DNA from: an uncultured Desulfatitalea sp.
GTDB taxonomy: Bacteria > Desulfobacterota > Desulfobacteria > Desulfobacterales > Desulfosarcinaceae
Assembly (NCBI GenBank): GCA_963668675.2
Contig: CAXXMB010000002.1
Location: 1,376,001 to 1,440,000, forward strand
Length of the DNA stretch: 64,000 bases
Direction: 5' to 3'
Made by a program: the position numbers and the translations under genes
Shown here: positions 51,401 to 61,913 of the stretch, in pieces
Numbering within the stretch: the stretch's first letter is position 1
How the letters are laid out: each line of letters starts with the position of its first letter
The notes under the pieces: model-generated
What the model saw: the letters and a program-made list of their open reading frames with translations, nothing else
Database searches by the model: none
Told to the model about the DNA's origin: nothing

Positions 51401-51463
51401 TATACCGCCACCGATGACCATCACCGATCCCAGCACCGCTGTTTTCGATTGTTTGTCTTCCAT
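48401..51463 (-). CDS. hdrA: Heterodisulfide reductase subunit A-like flavoprotein (1020 aa, two FAD modules), selenoprotein
   Basis: [19 protein letters not shown](TGA 51269-51271)-IISPKL, QCVGSR...[17 protein letters not shown], second GGGVAG and QCVGSR...YCSKVCC, C-terminal ferredoxin. Hairpin CTGGTCG-AGGT-CGGCCGG at +16. Confidence 0.93.
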
Positions 51464-51592
51464 ACATTTGCTCCCTGCTCGGTTGATCGAGCTTGTTAAT
51501 CGTTACATCCGCCCGAAAGTAGAATCCTTTATCGCCTATTCTTTCTCAACTGGAGCCTGCATCACCACACGGCTGCCTTTGCAGCCCGCCCG

Positions 51593-51964
51593 CTATGAAT
51601 CTGGAAACAATTTTTCAATCGTCGCCAGCAGGTCATCCTCGGTAAACGGTTTGGGCAAATAGTCCGCCGCCCCCAGCTTCATGGCCTCCAGCGCGTTGGA
51701 CAGGGTCGAATACCCCGTCATCACGATTACACTCATCTTCGTTGACTGCTCCTCGATCAGTTTCAGGACCTGAGACCCGTCGATGTCGGGCAGTTTCATA
51801 TCCAGCAGGATCAGGTCATAACCGCCGTTGCGCTCGATCTCCAGCAGCCCGGCAATACCGGTGGTGCGATGCGTAACATGATGGCCCTTTTCAGAAAGCA
51901 CCAGCCAGCAGGCATCGCAAATCACCTTTTCATCGTCGATCACCAGCACGTTCAATGGTTTCAT
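51593..51964 (-). CDS. Single-domain response regulator
   Basis: VLVIDDE, LILLDMKLP, MTGY and YLPKPF motifs. Confidence 0.9.
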   Translation of the reverse strand: MKPLNVLVIDDEKVICDACWLVLSEKGHHVTHRTTGIAGLLEIERNGGYDLILLDMKLPDIDGSQVLKLIEEQSTKMSVIVMTGYSTLSNALEAMKLGAADYLPKPFTEDDLLATIEKLFPDS

Positions 51965-53244
51965 GCAAACACCTTTTCGTCGGAAGCGTTCGTCCTGTCG
52001 GTCCTAATCGGAAAGACGATCACCAATCGCGTGCCCTTTCCCGGTGAACTGAATACCTGGATATCGCCATCATGGTTCTGGATAATGCCGTAGCTGATCG
52101 CCAGACCAAGGCCGGTTCCTTTTGACCGGGCGGAGAAAAACGGCTCGAAAATCCTTTTCTGATCCGCCTTGGCAATACCGCAACCGTTGTCGACTACCTC
52201 AACCCGGATGATGCCGCCCGCCTGATCGACGGAGGTTTTAACGAAGACCTTGCCGCACTCTGCCACAGCGTGCAGCGCATTGAGCAGCAAGTTGATCAAC
52301 ACCTGTTCGATCTGGTTTTCATCCAGCAATGTGTCGACCATATCTTTGGCCAGGGTCAGCCCGATATCCACGTGCCGCAGATGAAACTCATTTTCCACAA
52401 TGCCTAGCGCGGATTCGACGACATGGTTGATGTTGGCCGGGATCCGCTGCGGTTCCGTATCCCGGGCAAAATCGAGCAACCCCTGAATGATAATTTTACA
52501 GCGCTGGGTCTCTTTGATTATAATATCAAGCCCTTCCTGCAGGCCTTTCTCGGGGGTAACCTTTTTACGCATGTTAGAGCCGTAGAGCAGAATACCGGTC
52601 AGCGGGTTGTTGATTTCATGGGCAATCCCCGCTGCCAGGCGGCCCAGAGACGACATTTTGTCCATCTGGGTGGCCAGGTGATGAAAATTTTCCTGTTGGT
52701 TTTCCATCAACTGGACCCGTTCGATAATGCAGGCGCACTGCTCTGCAATCGTCAGCATAAAATCCAGTTCGTCATCGGAAAACTCGCGGTGGTGGTCCAG
52801 ATATATCCGAATCAGACCGAGTATTTGATTCCTGACAGCCATGGGGACATCGACCATCATGCGGATGCCTTCATCCCAGGCCTCCTGGGGATATTCAACC
52901 CGGGGGGCGTGCCAGAGATCTGTAATAATTTTTACCTGGTGAAGTTCCATTGGATTGGGCAGTATCTTTTCGGTGGTCACGGGCCCCTTGGAGAGATAGT
53001 TTTCCCCCAGCCCACAGGCTGCCCGGACATCGAACTGCTCGGTATCTTTGTTGAAAATTCTCAGCAGAGCACCCTTGGCGTCCAGAACCGCGGCGGATTT
53101 AACGACCACCACATTCAGCACCTCCTGAAGGCTGGAGCTGGAGTGCATCGACCTGATGATGTCCCGGAATACTTTGAAATAAATTTCGTATGGCGTCGAA
53201 CCGGTCATGGGTCTGTCTATCGTTGGAGTTTCTGCTGCAATCAT
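51961..53244 (-). CDS. GAF-domain sensor histidine kinase (start uncertain: 53244 or 53208)
   Basis: GAF region; LAAGIAHEINNPL, QVLINLLLNA, DNGCGI and GTGLGL motifs. Confidence 0.9.
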   Translation of the reverse strand: MIAAETPTIDRPMTGSTPYEIYFKVFRDIIRSMHSSSSLQEVLNVVVVKSAAVLDAKGALLRIFNKDTEQFDVRAACGLGENYLSKGPVTTEKILPNPMELHQVKIITDLWHAPRVEYPQEAWDEGIRMMVDVPMAVRNQILGLIRIYLDHHREFSDDELDFMLTIAEQCACIIERVQLMENQQENFHHLATQMDKMSSLGRLAAGIAHEINNPLTGILLYGSNMRKKVTPEKGLQEGLDIIIKETQRCKIIIQGLLDFARDTEPQRIPANINHVVESALGIVENEFHLRHVDIGLTLAKDMVDTLLDENQIEQVLINLLLNALHAVAECGKVFVKTSVDQAGGIIRVEVVDNGCGIAKADQKRIFEPFFSARSKGTGLGLAISYGIIQNHDGDIQVFSSPGKGTRLVIVFPIRTDRTNASDEKVFA

Positions 53245-53353
53245 TTTTCGACGGGGCGGCTCTTCCGGACAGACGCATACGCTGCCCCCCGAACCATGGA
53301 TACCCGAACCATTTATAATAGATCGAACGGCGACCATGGTGATACCGTTGTGG

Positions 53354-54046
53354 CTACCACGCTTCCCGTTCCAGGCGCTTATAAATGAACATCAACTGTT
53401 TTTGGGTAAGCTCGCCCACGTTTTCATTGATCCACTTCAAATCCCCTGACGTAATGGCGGCCTTGGCTTTACTGCAAAGCTGGTATTCCTCCAGGGCAGA
53501 CGACCCCTTTTCCATAAGATCCGTCCAGAAGGCCCGGTCGTCCCAAGTGCGATTCATCACCTGGATGACCTCCCGCTTCTGGATGAGTCTCTCCTCTTCG
53601 GTCTCCGGTTCTCTCACTGCCGGACCAGCATTGCTTGTCTCCTCATGAGATTTCAGCGCTTCGGCAATCGCCGACTTGATCTGGTCTTCGGTAAACGGTT
53701 TGGGCAAAAACTCGGATACGCCCAGCTTCATGGCTTCTACAGCCGTCGATGTTGTGCCGTATCCGGTGATCACGATCACTTCGGTTTCCGGCTTTTGCGC
53801 CCGTACCTTGCGGATCACTTCCATGCCGTTGATATCCGGCAAACGGAGATCAGCCACGAGCAGGTCAAACCGTTTGTGCTGGAAGGCCTCCATGGCAAGC
53901 GCACCTGTCCCCGCCAGGTTCACGTCGAAACCGTCTTCACTCAACACCATCTCAAGCCCTTTGGCCACATTGAGATCGTCTTCCATCACCAGGATATGAG
54001 GGGGCACCTCATACTTCATGGCCGCACTCGCTTCTATGGTCATCAT
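53354..54046 (-). CDS. Response regulator with an unusual C-terminal helical domain
   Basis: ILVMEDD, VADLRLP, ITGY and FLPKPF motifs; RBS AAGGAGGT at 54053-54060. Confidence 0.88.
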   Translation of the reverse strand: MMTIEASAAMKYEVPPHILVMEDDLNVAKGLEMVLSEDGFDVNLAGTGALAMEAFQHKRFDLLVADLRLPDINGMEVIRKVRAQKPETEVIVITGYGTTSTAVEAMKLGVSEFLPKPFTEDQIKSAIAEALKSHEETSNAGPAVREPETEEERLIQKREVIQVMNRTWDDRAFWTDLMEKGSSALEEYQLCSKAKAAITSGDLKWINENVGELTQKQLMFIYKRLEREAW

Positions 54047-54130
54047 GATGATACCTCCTTGTTCTGGTTTTCCATCTGGATAATACATTACAAATTCCCC
54101 GACACGAATTCTTCTTCGATAGCGTTATTA

Positions 54131-54146
54131 GCATTGGCTGTGCCAA
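54131..54146 (-). promoter_or_regulatory. Sigma54 (-24/-12) promoter
   Basis: Minus strand TTGGCAC-AGCCA-ATGC versus consensus TGGCAC-N5-TTGC. Confidence 0.72.
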
Positions 54147-54408
54147 CAGAGGCAAACGGCGGGATCGTCGGTTAGAACAACTGTATTGCAGGCGATTTCG
54201 GGCAATTTTCAATAACCCGAGAGCAGAGAAAACAGGTGTGGGAAAAGCGATTTGCGTATATGTTTTTATATGGCTCCAATAGGCGCCAAAACAGATTTGG
54301 GAAATAATATTGAGGTGTTATTTGCGTATAAACGGTTATACGGGGGTATGGGCGGCCATACGGCAGCCAGCATGCAAACGCTCACCCCCAAAAGATGGTG
54401 AAGCGAGT

Positions 54409-55842
54409 CTATCCGGAAGTTGCCGTAAGTCCTTGTTTTTTCATGAGTGTGGAGAAATTCGATCGCTGCATGCCGACACTTTGTGCCGCCTGGGTAATAT
54501 TGCCCTTTGCCGCCGCGAGGGCCTTTTTGATAAAAGCTCTCTCGATTTCCCCGAATTGGTTTTCCAGCAGGTTCTGTTTGGCCGCCTTCAGCTCTTCCAG
54601 GGTTTCGGGAATCTCGTTTCGGTGCGGTTCAGGGTTGGCTTCCCAATGATCAGAGAGGTGCTGGTATTGCAAAATTCGGCCGTCGGCAATGATAACCAGC
54701 CGATCTACCACGTTCTTAAGCTGCCGCACATTGCCTGGCCACTCTTCGTTAACCAATATCTCCAGGGAATCGTCCGAAAATCCGTCGATATGCTTGCCAG
54801 TCTCGCGGCAGGTTTTTTTCAAAAAGTGGTACAACAGCTGCGGAATATCATCCCGCCGATCCCGCAACGGGGGGATGGTAATGGGAAAGACGTTGAGGCG
54901 GTAAAAAAGGTCCTCTCTAAATTTGCCTTCATCCACCATGTTCTTTAAATCACGATTGGTGGCGGCAATAAAACGCACATCCGCTTTTTTATAACGGCTG
55001 GCCCCAACCGGTTTGAATTCATGGGTTTCAATGGCCCTGAGCAGTTTGGCCTGAATATCCATGTTCAGATTTGCCACTTCGTCCAAAAACAATGTACCGC
55101 GGCTGGCGGCCTTGAATATGCCCTCTTTCTCCTGAACAGCTCCGGTAAACGCTCCTTTTTTATGCCCGAACAGTTCACTTTCCAAGAGAGATGAAGAGAA
55201 AGTGCTGCAGTCCACCGCCATGAAGGGATGGTCCGTCCGCTTGCTGTGAGCATGAATTTCCCGGGCAAAGAGCTCCTTGCCGGTACCGCTCTCACCACTC
55301 AACAGTACGGTCGAATCGGTGGGGGCAACTTTACGTATATCGTCAAATATCTGCAATATCCTTGGATTTTCACCGACGATGTTAAGGAAGTCCTGTCGCG
55401 GGGATGGCTGCCGGCGAAGGGCCTCATGCGCCTCTCTAAAACGCCTGTTTTTCACCGCCATTTCAACGGCATTGAGCAATTCATCTTCAGCAAAAGGTTT
55501 GGAGATGTAATCAAAAGTACCCAATTTCATCGCTTCCACGGCATTCTTGACGCTGGCATAGCCGGTCATGACGATAACACAAATATCGAGTTTGGCATCT
55601 TTCACCTTTCGCAGGATATCCATCCCGTCCATATCGGGAAGCTTCATATCCAGCAAGACGAGATGGTACCGCCCACTCAACATCGCATCCACACCGGCCT
55701 TACCGGTGTTGCAAGCGTCCGCTGAATACCCTCTCTCTTGGAGTACCATTCGGCATCCAACGCAAATCGAAGGTTCGTCGTCAATAATAAGGATGGGTCG
55801 ATCCGTTGTTTCCATCATCGTGTCTCTGTCGTTCGAGGTCAA
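54409..55842 (-). CDS. Sigma54-dependent response regulator (NtrC-family enhancer-binding protein)
   Basis: Receiver domain, GESGTGKE, ESELFGHKKGAFTGA, FREDLFYRLNV, WPGNVRQL and Fis-type HTH. Confidence 0.95.
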   Translation of the reverse strand: MTSNDRDTMMETTDRPILIIDDEPSICVGCRMVLQERGYSADACNTGKAGVDAMLSGRYHLVLLDMKLPDMDGMDILRKVKDAKLDICVIVMTGYASVKNAVEAMKLGTFDYISKPFAEDELLNAVEMAVKNRRFREAHEALRRQPSPRQDFLNIVGENPRILQIFDDIRKVAPTDSTVLLSGESGTGKELFAREIHAHSKRTDHPFMAVDCSTFSSSLLESELFGHKKGAFTGAVQEKEGIFKAASRGTLFLDEVANLNMDIQAKLLRAIETHEFKPVGASRYKKADVRFIAATNRDLKNMVDEGKFREDLFYRLNVFPITIPPLRDRRDDIPQLLYHFLKKTCRETGKHIDGFSDDSLEILVNEEWPGNVRQLKNVVDRLVIIADGRILQYQHLSDHWEANPEPHRNEIPETLEELKAAKQNLLENQFGEIERAFIKKALAAAKGNITQAAQSVGMQRSNFSTLMKKQGLTATSG

Positions 55843-56182
55843 TTCACTCCCAAGTTTATAGCCAATAAACGCTGTAGAAGATCATAACGATCAAACATGT
55901 GTCAACCCTATCAAATTTGCATGAGTCGGTTTTATACGATTCGCCGGGAATGCCCTGTTTTTTATATCGGCTGATACGGTTTTCTATAGAGCTCTATTGA
56001 AGCTCGTTTTCTGCAGAAAACCCTATTCCAGCAGACCGCCTTCTTCTTTTGAAAGGGGGGGCTGGGGGGATCTATCCCATGTGTTGTCGATTCTTGGATG
56101 AAAGATCAAATACCCGATGCAGGCCAATCAAACCAACCAATATTTTTTTGCCCGAGCCTTGCAGATGATCGAATTGGCTAAT

Positions 56183-56198
56183 TTGGCACGGTTGATGC
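56183..56198 (+). promoter_or_regulatory. Sigma54 (-24/-12) promoter
   Basis: TTGGCAC-GGTTG-ATGC, about 125 bp upstream of the ORF at 56323. Confidence 0.72.
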
Positions 56199-56322
56199 TG
56201 ACAGGATTTGACCAATTGGCACGCAAGTCAGTTTGAACCTTGTGGCCACACCTTAAAACACAAGGAGATCATTTAGGGCTAACTATAAGGAGTTATGAAA
56301 ACCTCAATTTCACCGATCGGCC

Positions 56323-57258
56323 ATGCCGATAGAAAGGAAAGAAAGAATGTCTTTAGCACAATCTATCCCGGAACTGGAAGTCAGCAAATCAATCGACACC
56401 GGCAAATATCTGGACGACGTCGCCCTCGCCGAGGCGATTCTCGATAATGCGGAACAAAATGGCGACGTCCTCAGCAGCGCGGATATCGTTTTCAGCCTGA
56501 GAAACTTTCTAAAAATGAAATACTATCCGGTAGCGATTAAGTACTTTTTTTCAGAGGATGAACTGGCGGATTTCAAAAACAGCGCAGACTATAAAACAGG
56601 GCTTCGCCCGTATACCTTTTGCCATTATGTAGCTGCATCCAGACAACGGGGCGACATCCTGCTCGGCACACAAGATAAGGTCGGCTGCTCCAATGCAAAA
56701 TACGTAATGGGATGGAAGGGATTGGACGAGGCCGAAATCAAGAGTCACTTGAAATATACCAAAGACAGGGCACAAGCTGAAAGGTTTATCAAAACCAAGA
56801 AACAACTGCCTGAAGGCTTGCTCGCCTTTGCAACGGCCCCTTTACACAAAGCGCCCTACCGGCCGGATGTTGTCCACGGGATCAGCGATGTGCTGCAGGC
56901 CTACCACCTCGGTAATGATTGGTGCGCCGCGCATGATTCACACCCCTTTAACATGACGATGACCATGAACTCCTCGATCTGTCATGGATGTGTCCGATGC
57001 CACTTGGTCAATGTACCGAACATCACGCCCATGTGCAGCAGCAGCAAGACAGCCGGCAAAACCGAACAGAGTGAAATCAATTGGGTATGGCCTGGAGACC
57101 ATCTTGAACCCACGGTTCACTGGATGCTGGAAAGAATCGTACGAGATGGCGGCGCATCTTTCCCGCGAACAGGAGAAACCTATCCCGGATTTGACATCTG
57201 CAAGCTGTGTAACTTTCTGGTTTTCACAAAGCCTATGGAAAAGAGAGCGAATAAGTAA
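56323..57258 (+). CDS. DUF169-like Cys-rich protein
   Basis: YYPVAIKYF, TFCHYV, GCSNAKYVMG, APLHKAPYRPDVV and SSIC pattern recalled for DUF169. Confidence 0.7.
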   Translation: MPIERKERMSLAQSIPELEVSKSIDTGKYLDDVALAEAILDNAEQNGDVLSSADIVFSLRNFLKMKYYPVAIKYFFSEDELADFKNSADYKTGLRPYTFCHYVAASRQRGDILLGTQDKVGCSNAKYVMGWKGLDEAEIKSHLKYTKDRAQAERFIKTKKQLPEGLLAFATAPLHKAPYRPDVVHGISDVLQAYHLGNDWCAAHDSHPFNMTMTMNSSICHGCVRCHLVNVPNITPMCSSSKTAGKTEQSEINWVWPGDHLEPTVHWMLERIVRDGGASFPRTGETYPGFDICKLCNFLVFTKPMEKRANK

Positions 57259-57824
57259 TCCATAGAAAGGTCTCGCTGAATACAAAATCCTCTCGCAAGC
57301 AGCTGATAGGATCGTATTCATTAATATTACGGGGGCGGGTCCAACATCATGAGATCCGCAACTTTTTTTATCAATTATTCAAAGGGCGACATACAACGCC
57401 TGGGTCCTATGCGTTGCACAACGCACTTGATCATATACCAAAATCGTAGTGCGGGGTTTACCCACGCCGATGTACCTGTAAGGTGCTTTTATAGCTTGGA
57501 ATAAACCCCGCAGCTACATGAAAATGCAGTCAATAGATAACCTTCCCGGCACCTTATAACCCTACTAAATCCCTCTTTCTAAAAGAGGGATTTATCCTCT
57601 GATTCATGAACGCTTTAATGCGAACCAATCTTACCTGCATTCTGTTTGCTTTGGTATTTCAGATAACCATAAAAGTAAAAAGCTTTTGGAATCTATGGTA
57701 TTGTCGGGTCGACAGGTATATAATGTTGTATTATGTTGCTTCCGTTAATCGCAAAGAACAAGCTAACGCATAGTATTTCTTCGAATTTTTAAAAGTAAAT
57801 CACCGCCATCAACGATTGGTTATC

Positions 57825-58835
57825 ATGGCTGAAAACAACACACATGAACCGATCTGGGAGTATGTTCCGCTGGAAGAATACATACTGCCCAGCGACACTG
57901 TTCAACGAACCGTCTCGACCCGCATTTCCAGCTTTTGGGGAAAACTGCGGCGGCAGGAAAACAAAACAGAAGCGTCAAACGACAAGACGACTGAATTGAA
58001 GCTGCTGACAAAGCATCAATTGCAAACTGCAGCGCCAAGCTCCGACTGGGTGGACGCCGCTATCACTCTGAACTTGTTTTTAACGGATAAGTTGTCAGGC
58101 CAACACGGGGAAGGACAGGTTATCGCTGTGGCCGACGCCCCGTTTGCAGGACAGTCTATAGCCATTGCTGCATTGGCTGAAATGAACGATTGGCACCTCA
58201 TATCTGCTCCTTCTCTGGAACAGATATTGAGTGCGGACCAAAAATGGCTGGATTCCGTAGGGAATACCAAAGCTCCCTGGGTGTTGCCGCATCTGGAAAA
58301 ATGTTTCCTGCGTCTTGCAAAGGGACTGCACCTGGTTCGGCGCCTGCTGGCTGATTCGGTTTCGGGACGACTCGGAAACGGGGTCATTGGCTGCAGCAGT
58401 TGGGCGTGGTCCTTTCTGCAAAAGGTTTCTGCCGAAACCGACGTCATTTCTGCTTTCACCCCACACGCTTTGGATACGCACCGCCTGCAGAACTGGCTTT
58501 CTCAGATCACATTTAAATGCAGCCCATCAAACAATTTCCGCTTCATGTTGACAGGCAAAGCCGACGAATTGATCTCTGCCCCTGCACGATCCCCGAACCG
58601 TCCGCAGAGCACTTTACGATGTGGCGTTGACCAGTCCGTATTTGCAATTGCTGCGCCCGATCTCAATCGTTACCCGAGAAACACCCGGACAACCCAATAC
58701 CGACTCAAGGCTTATCCTGTAAACCCTCGAGACCAGTTTCAGTTCGTAACGGACCTCACCGAGCGGGCCAAACCGCTTTTGTTTGAGTCGGGGATCCGAT
58801 TTGCTGCTTTTCTTCCGACCGGCATGAACAGATGA
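57825..58835 (+). CDS. Hypothetical protein, probably 3'-truncated with run-on after about 58570
   Basis: Protein-like to ...NFRFMLTGKADELISAP (PWVLPHLEKCFLR, GVIGCSSWAW); the remainder looks like non-coding read-through. Confidence 0.5.
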   Translation: MAENNTHEPIWEYVPLEEYILPSDTVQRTVSTRISSFWGKLRRQENKTEASNDKTTELKLLTKHQLQTAAPSSDWVDAAITLNLFLTDKLSGQHGEGQVIAVADAPFAGQSIAIAALAEMNDWHLISAPSLEQILSADQKWLDSVGNTKAPWVLPHLEKCFLRLAKGLHLVRRLLADSVSGRLGNGVIGCSSWAWSFLQKVSAETDVISAFTPHALDTHRLQNWLSQITFKCSPSNNFRFMLTGKADELISAPARSPNRPQSTLRCGVDQSVFAIAAPDLNRYPRNTRTTQYRLKAYPVNPRDQFQFVTDLTERAKPLLFESGIRFAAFLPTGMNR

Positions 58836-59785
58836 ATTTTTTCCGACACGTTCATCAACGCCTTGCATATAAAGGCGCATTGAAAAAAAGGCGACTCCGG
58901 ATAAAGGCCGAAAGCCTGGCGGTGATCGACCAAATGGTCGTATCACTTGGAAAAAAACTTCCCTATCTGCAAAGCTACCGCACCGAATTGGTCCCCTTGA
59001 TTTACCGCACTGGTCGCTATCTTGACACAATGCTGGACGCGATTCCCGGACCTGCAGCACTCGATCCGAACCACTGGGATAAAGATCCCCTCATTCATTC
59101 CATGTTTGTATCTGAAAAGCACACCAAAGAACTGATTGCTGACAGCGAACCCTTACAGCGATTCTTTCAGGGTTCGAATTCCAAGATTGCCTTTGCGCTG
59201 CTCACGGCAGAAAAAAGAGAAAAGACCATTTCCGGAACGGAATTCGTCGGAGAAATCGTGCGACGCGACGTAATACAAAAGGCGATTTTCTTTGAGCAAC
59301 TACAGATAACGATGCCCACCGATGAGCTGGCGAAAACCCGACGGCAGGTCAAATATCAACTATTTTCCGATCTGTTTACACAGGCTGCCGAGAAAATTTC
59401 CGAGATCAAGGCAATTAAATCGGAACTCAAAACACGACACGATGTAATAACAGCAAAAATGCCACTTTTTATAAACAAGGAAGGGCAAAAAGAGATGGAT
59501 GAACTGCACGACGCCCTCGAAAAGCAAATCGAAGAGATTGGAGCAACACTTGACTCTCCTGATGATTATATTTCTCCCTTGAAAAATTTGCTCCTGAATC
59601 CACAGATCCACATCTCGGCCAAACCGGTAGTTCTGAAATTAAACTCAATGGGAATTCTTTTAAGCGATAATTCTAAACAAGAGGTCAAACCGATTTTGCT
59701 GGCTGAATTCGAATCCAATGCCGGCAAGAAGTGTGTGGCAACCTGGATTCGTGTCGAAAAAGAAAACGTAACGCAACAGTTTTGA
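58832..59785 (+). CDS. Hypothetical protein with coiled-coil region
   Basis: 317-aa open frame; FALLTAEKREK...G.IVRRDVIQKAIFF followed by a coiled coil. Confidence 0.7.
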   Translation: MNFFRHVHQRLAYKGALKKRRLRIKAESLAVIDQMVVSLGKKLPYLQSYRTELVPLIYRTGRYLDTMLDAIPGPAALDPNHWDKDPLIHSMFVSEKHTKELIADSEPLQRFFQGSNSKIAFALLTAEKREKTISGTEFVGEIVRRDVIQKAIFFEQLQITMPTDELAKTRRQVKYQLFSDLFTQAAEKISEIKAIKSELKTRHDVITAKMPLFINKEGQKEMDELHDALEKQIEEIGATLDSPDDYISPLKNLLLNPQIHISAKPVVLKLNSMGILLSDNSKQEVKPILLAEFESNAGKKCVATWIRVEKENVTQQF

Positions 59786-59934
59786 ATCCACAACAGCAGA
59801 AAACATTTCTTCTCCGGCCTGTTCCTTGATAACCTCACCCAGCAAACGCCCAAGAGGTCAACCTGATGCCGAATATGCGGTGGCACCCCCTCTTTCGTTC
59901 CGTCTGGGTTCGGCGGTGATGTCACCCCACTCAT
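59785..59934 (-). pseudogene. ppc: 5' remnant of phosphoenolpyruvate carboxylase, frameshifted and truncated
   Basis: ATG 59934: ...VPPHIRHQVDLLG / (frameshift) RLLGEVIKEQAGEEMFSAVV resembles the PEPC N-terminal motif LRxDVxLLGxLLGEVIxEQxGxxxFxxVE. Confidence 0.55.
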
Positions 59935-60429
59935 CTTCACTTCTTTGAAGAAAACCTTTCTTGATATCAGCTGTGTCTTGAGATTCGGCTTTTCCCTTGA
60001 TATTGGCACGTTGACACCAATACCTTTTTTGTATTTTTTTGTGTCTTTTGCGCACATATTGGCACTATCTCCCAATACTGAAAATAGCGTTATAAACATC
60101 TACAGGAAGCAGATTTTCAGCACATATTGAGCTACCATCCTGTTTTTGACAACAAAGACAGCCGTTTAAGAGTGAACGCCGTTGCGTGATGGCATCAATG
60201 CAATACTTTGGCAACATTTTCTATAATCTCTCTCTGCACATTTTGGCTACACAGTCCGATCCCAATATAGTCGTTCCTCACATGGGTTACTGTTGCAGCC
60301 TTAACGATTAAACTGTACGTAGAGAGCCATCTACCCCCATACGGAGCATCCTTCCCACAAACACGCAACTCCCTCCATGAACTTGACATCTCCTCATTTA
60401 CGCCTTAAATATATCGTTTACTTACATAA

Positions 60430-60520
60430 TCATGTTGAGAGGCGCGAGGGAACTGGCCTGACGACCGCCCGGCAACCTATCCATAAAGGTGCTAAATCCA
60501 GCCCGAACAGGGGAACATGA
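60430..60520 (+). ncRNA. SAM-I (S-box) riboswitch
   Basis: P1 TCATGTT/AACATGA; GAGAG...GAGGGAACTGGCC...GGCAACC...GGTGCTAAATCC; upstream of metY; TTGACA at 60383. Confidence 0.85.
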
Positions 60521-60547
60521 GGTCTGAGCGACAACATGGCACAGCGT

Positions 60548-60576
60548 AGACCTCTCCTTTTGTGAGAGGTTTTTCT
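60548..60576 (+). terminator. Riboswitch expression-platform terminator
   Basis: ACCTCTC-N7-GAGAGGT followed by TTTT; alternative pairing of GAGGTCT (60519-60525) with AGACCTC (60548-60554). Confidence 0.78.
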
Positions 60577-60582
60577 ATTTGA

Positions 60583-61911
<1,329 letters not shown>

Positions 61912-61913
61912 TG

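Noticed and set aside
44831..51463. Reading the split fdhA, mvhD and hdrA ORFs as pseudogenes
   Set aside because: Each break is a single in-frame TGA at a conserved Cys/Sec position followed by a hairpin.
60195..60389. 64-aa minus-strand ORF
   Set aside because: No recognisable motif, poorly spaced RBS, and it overlaps the probable met promoter.
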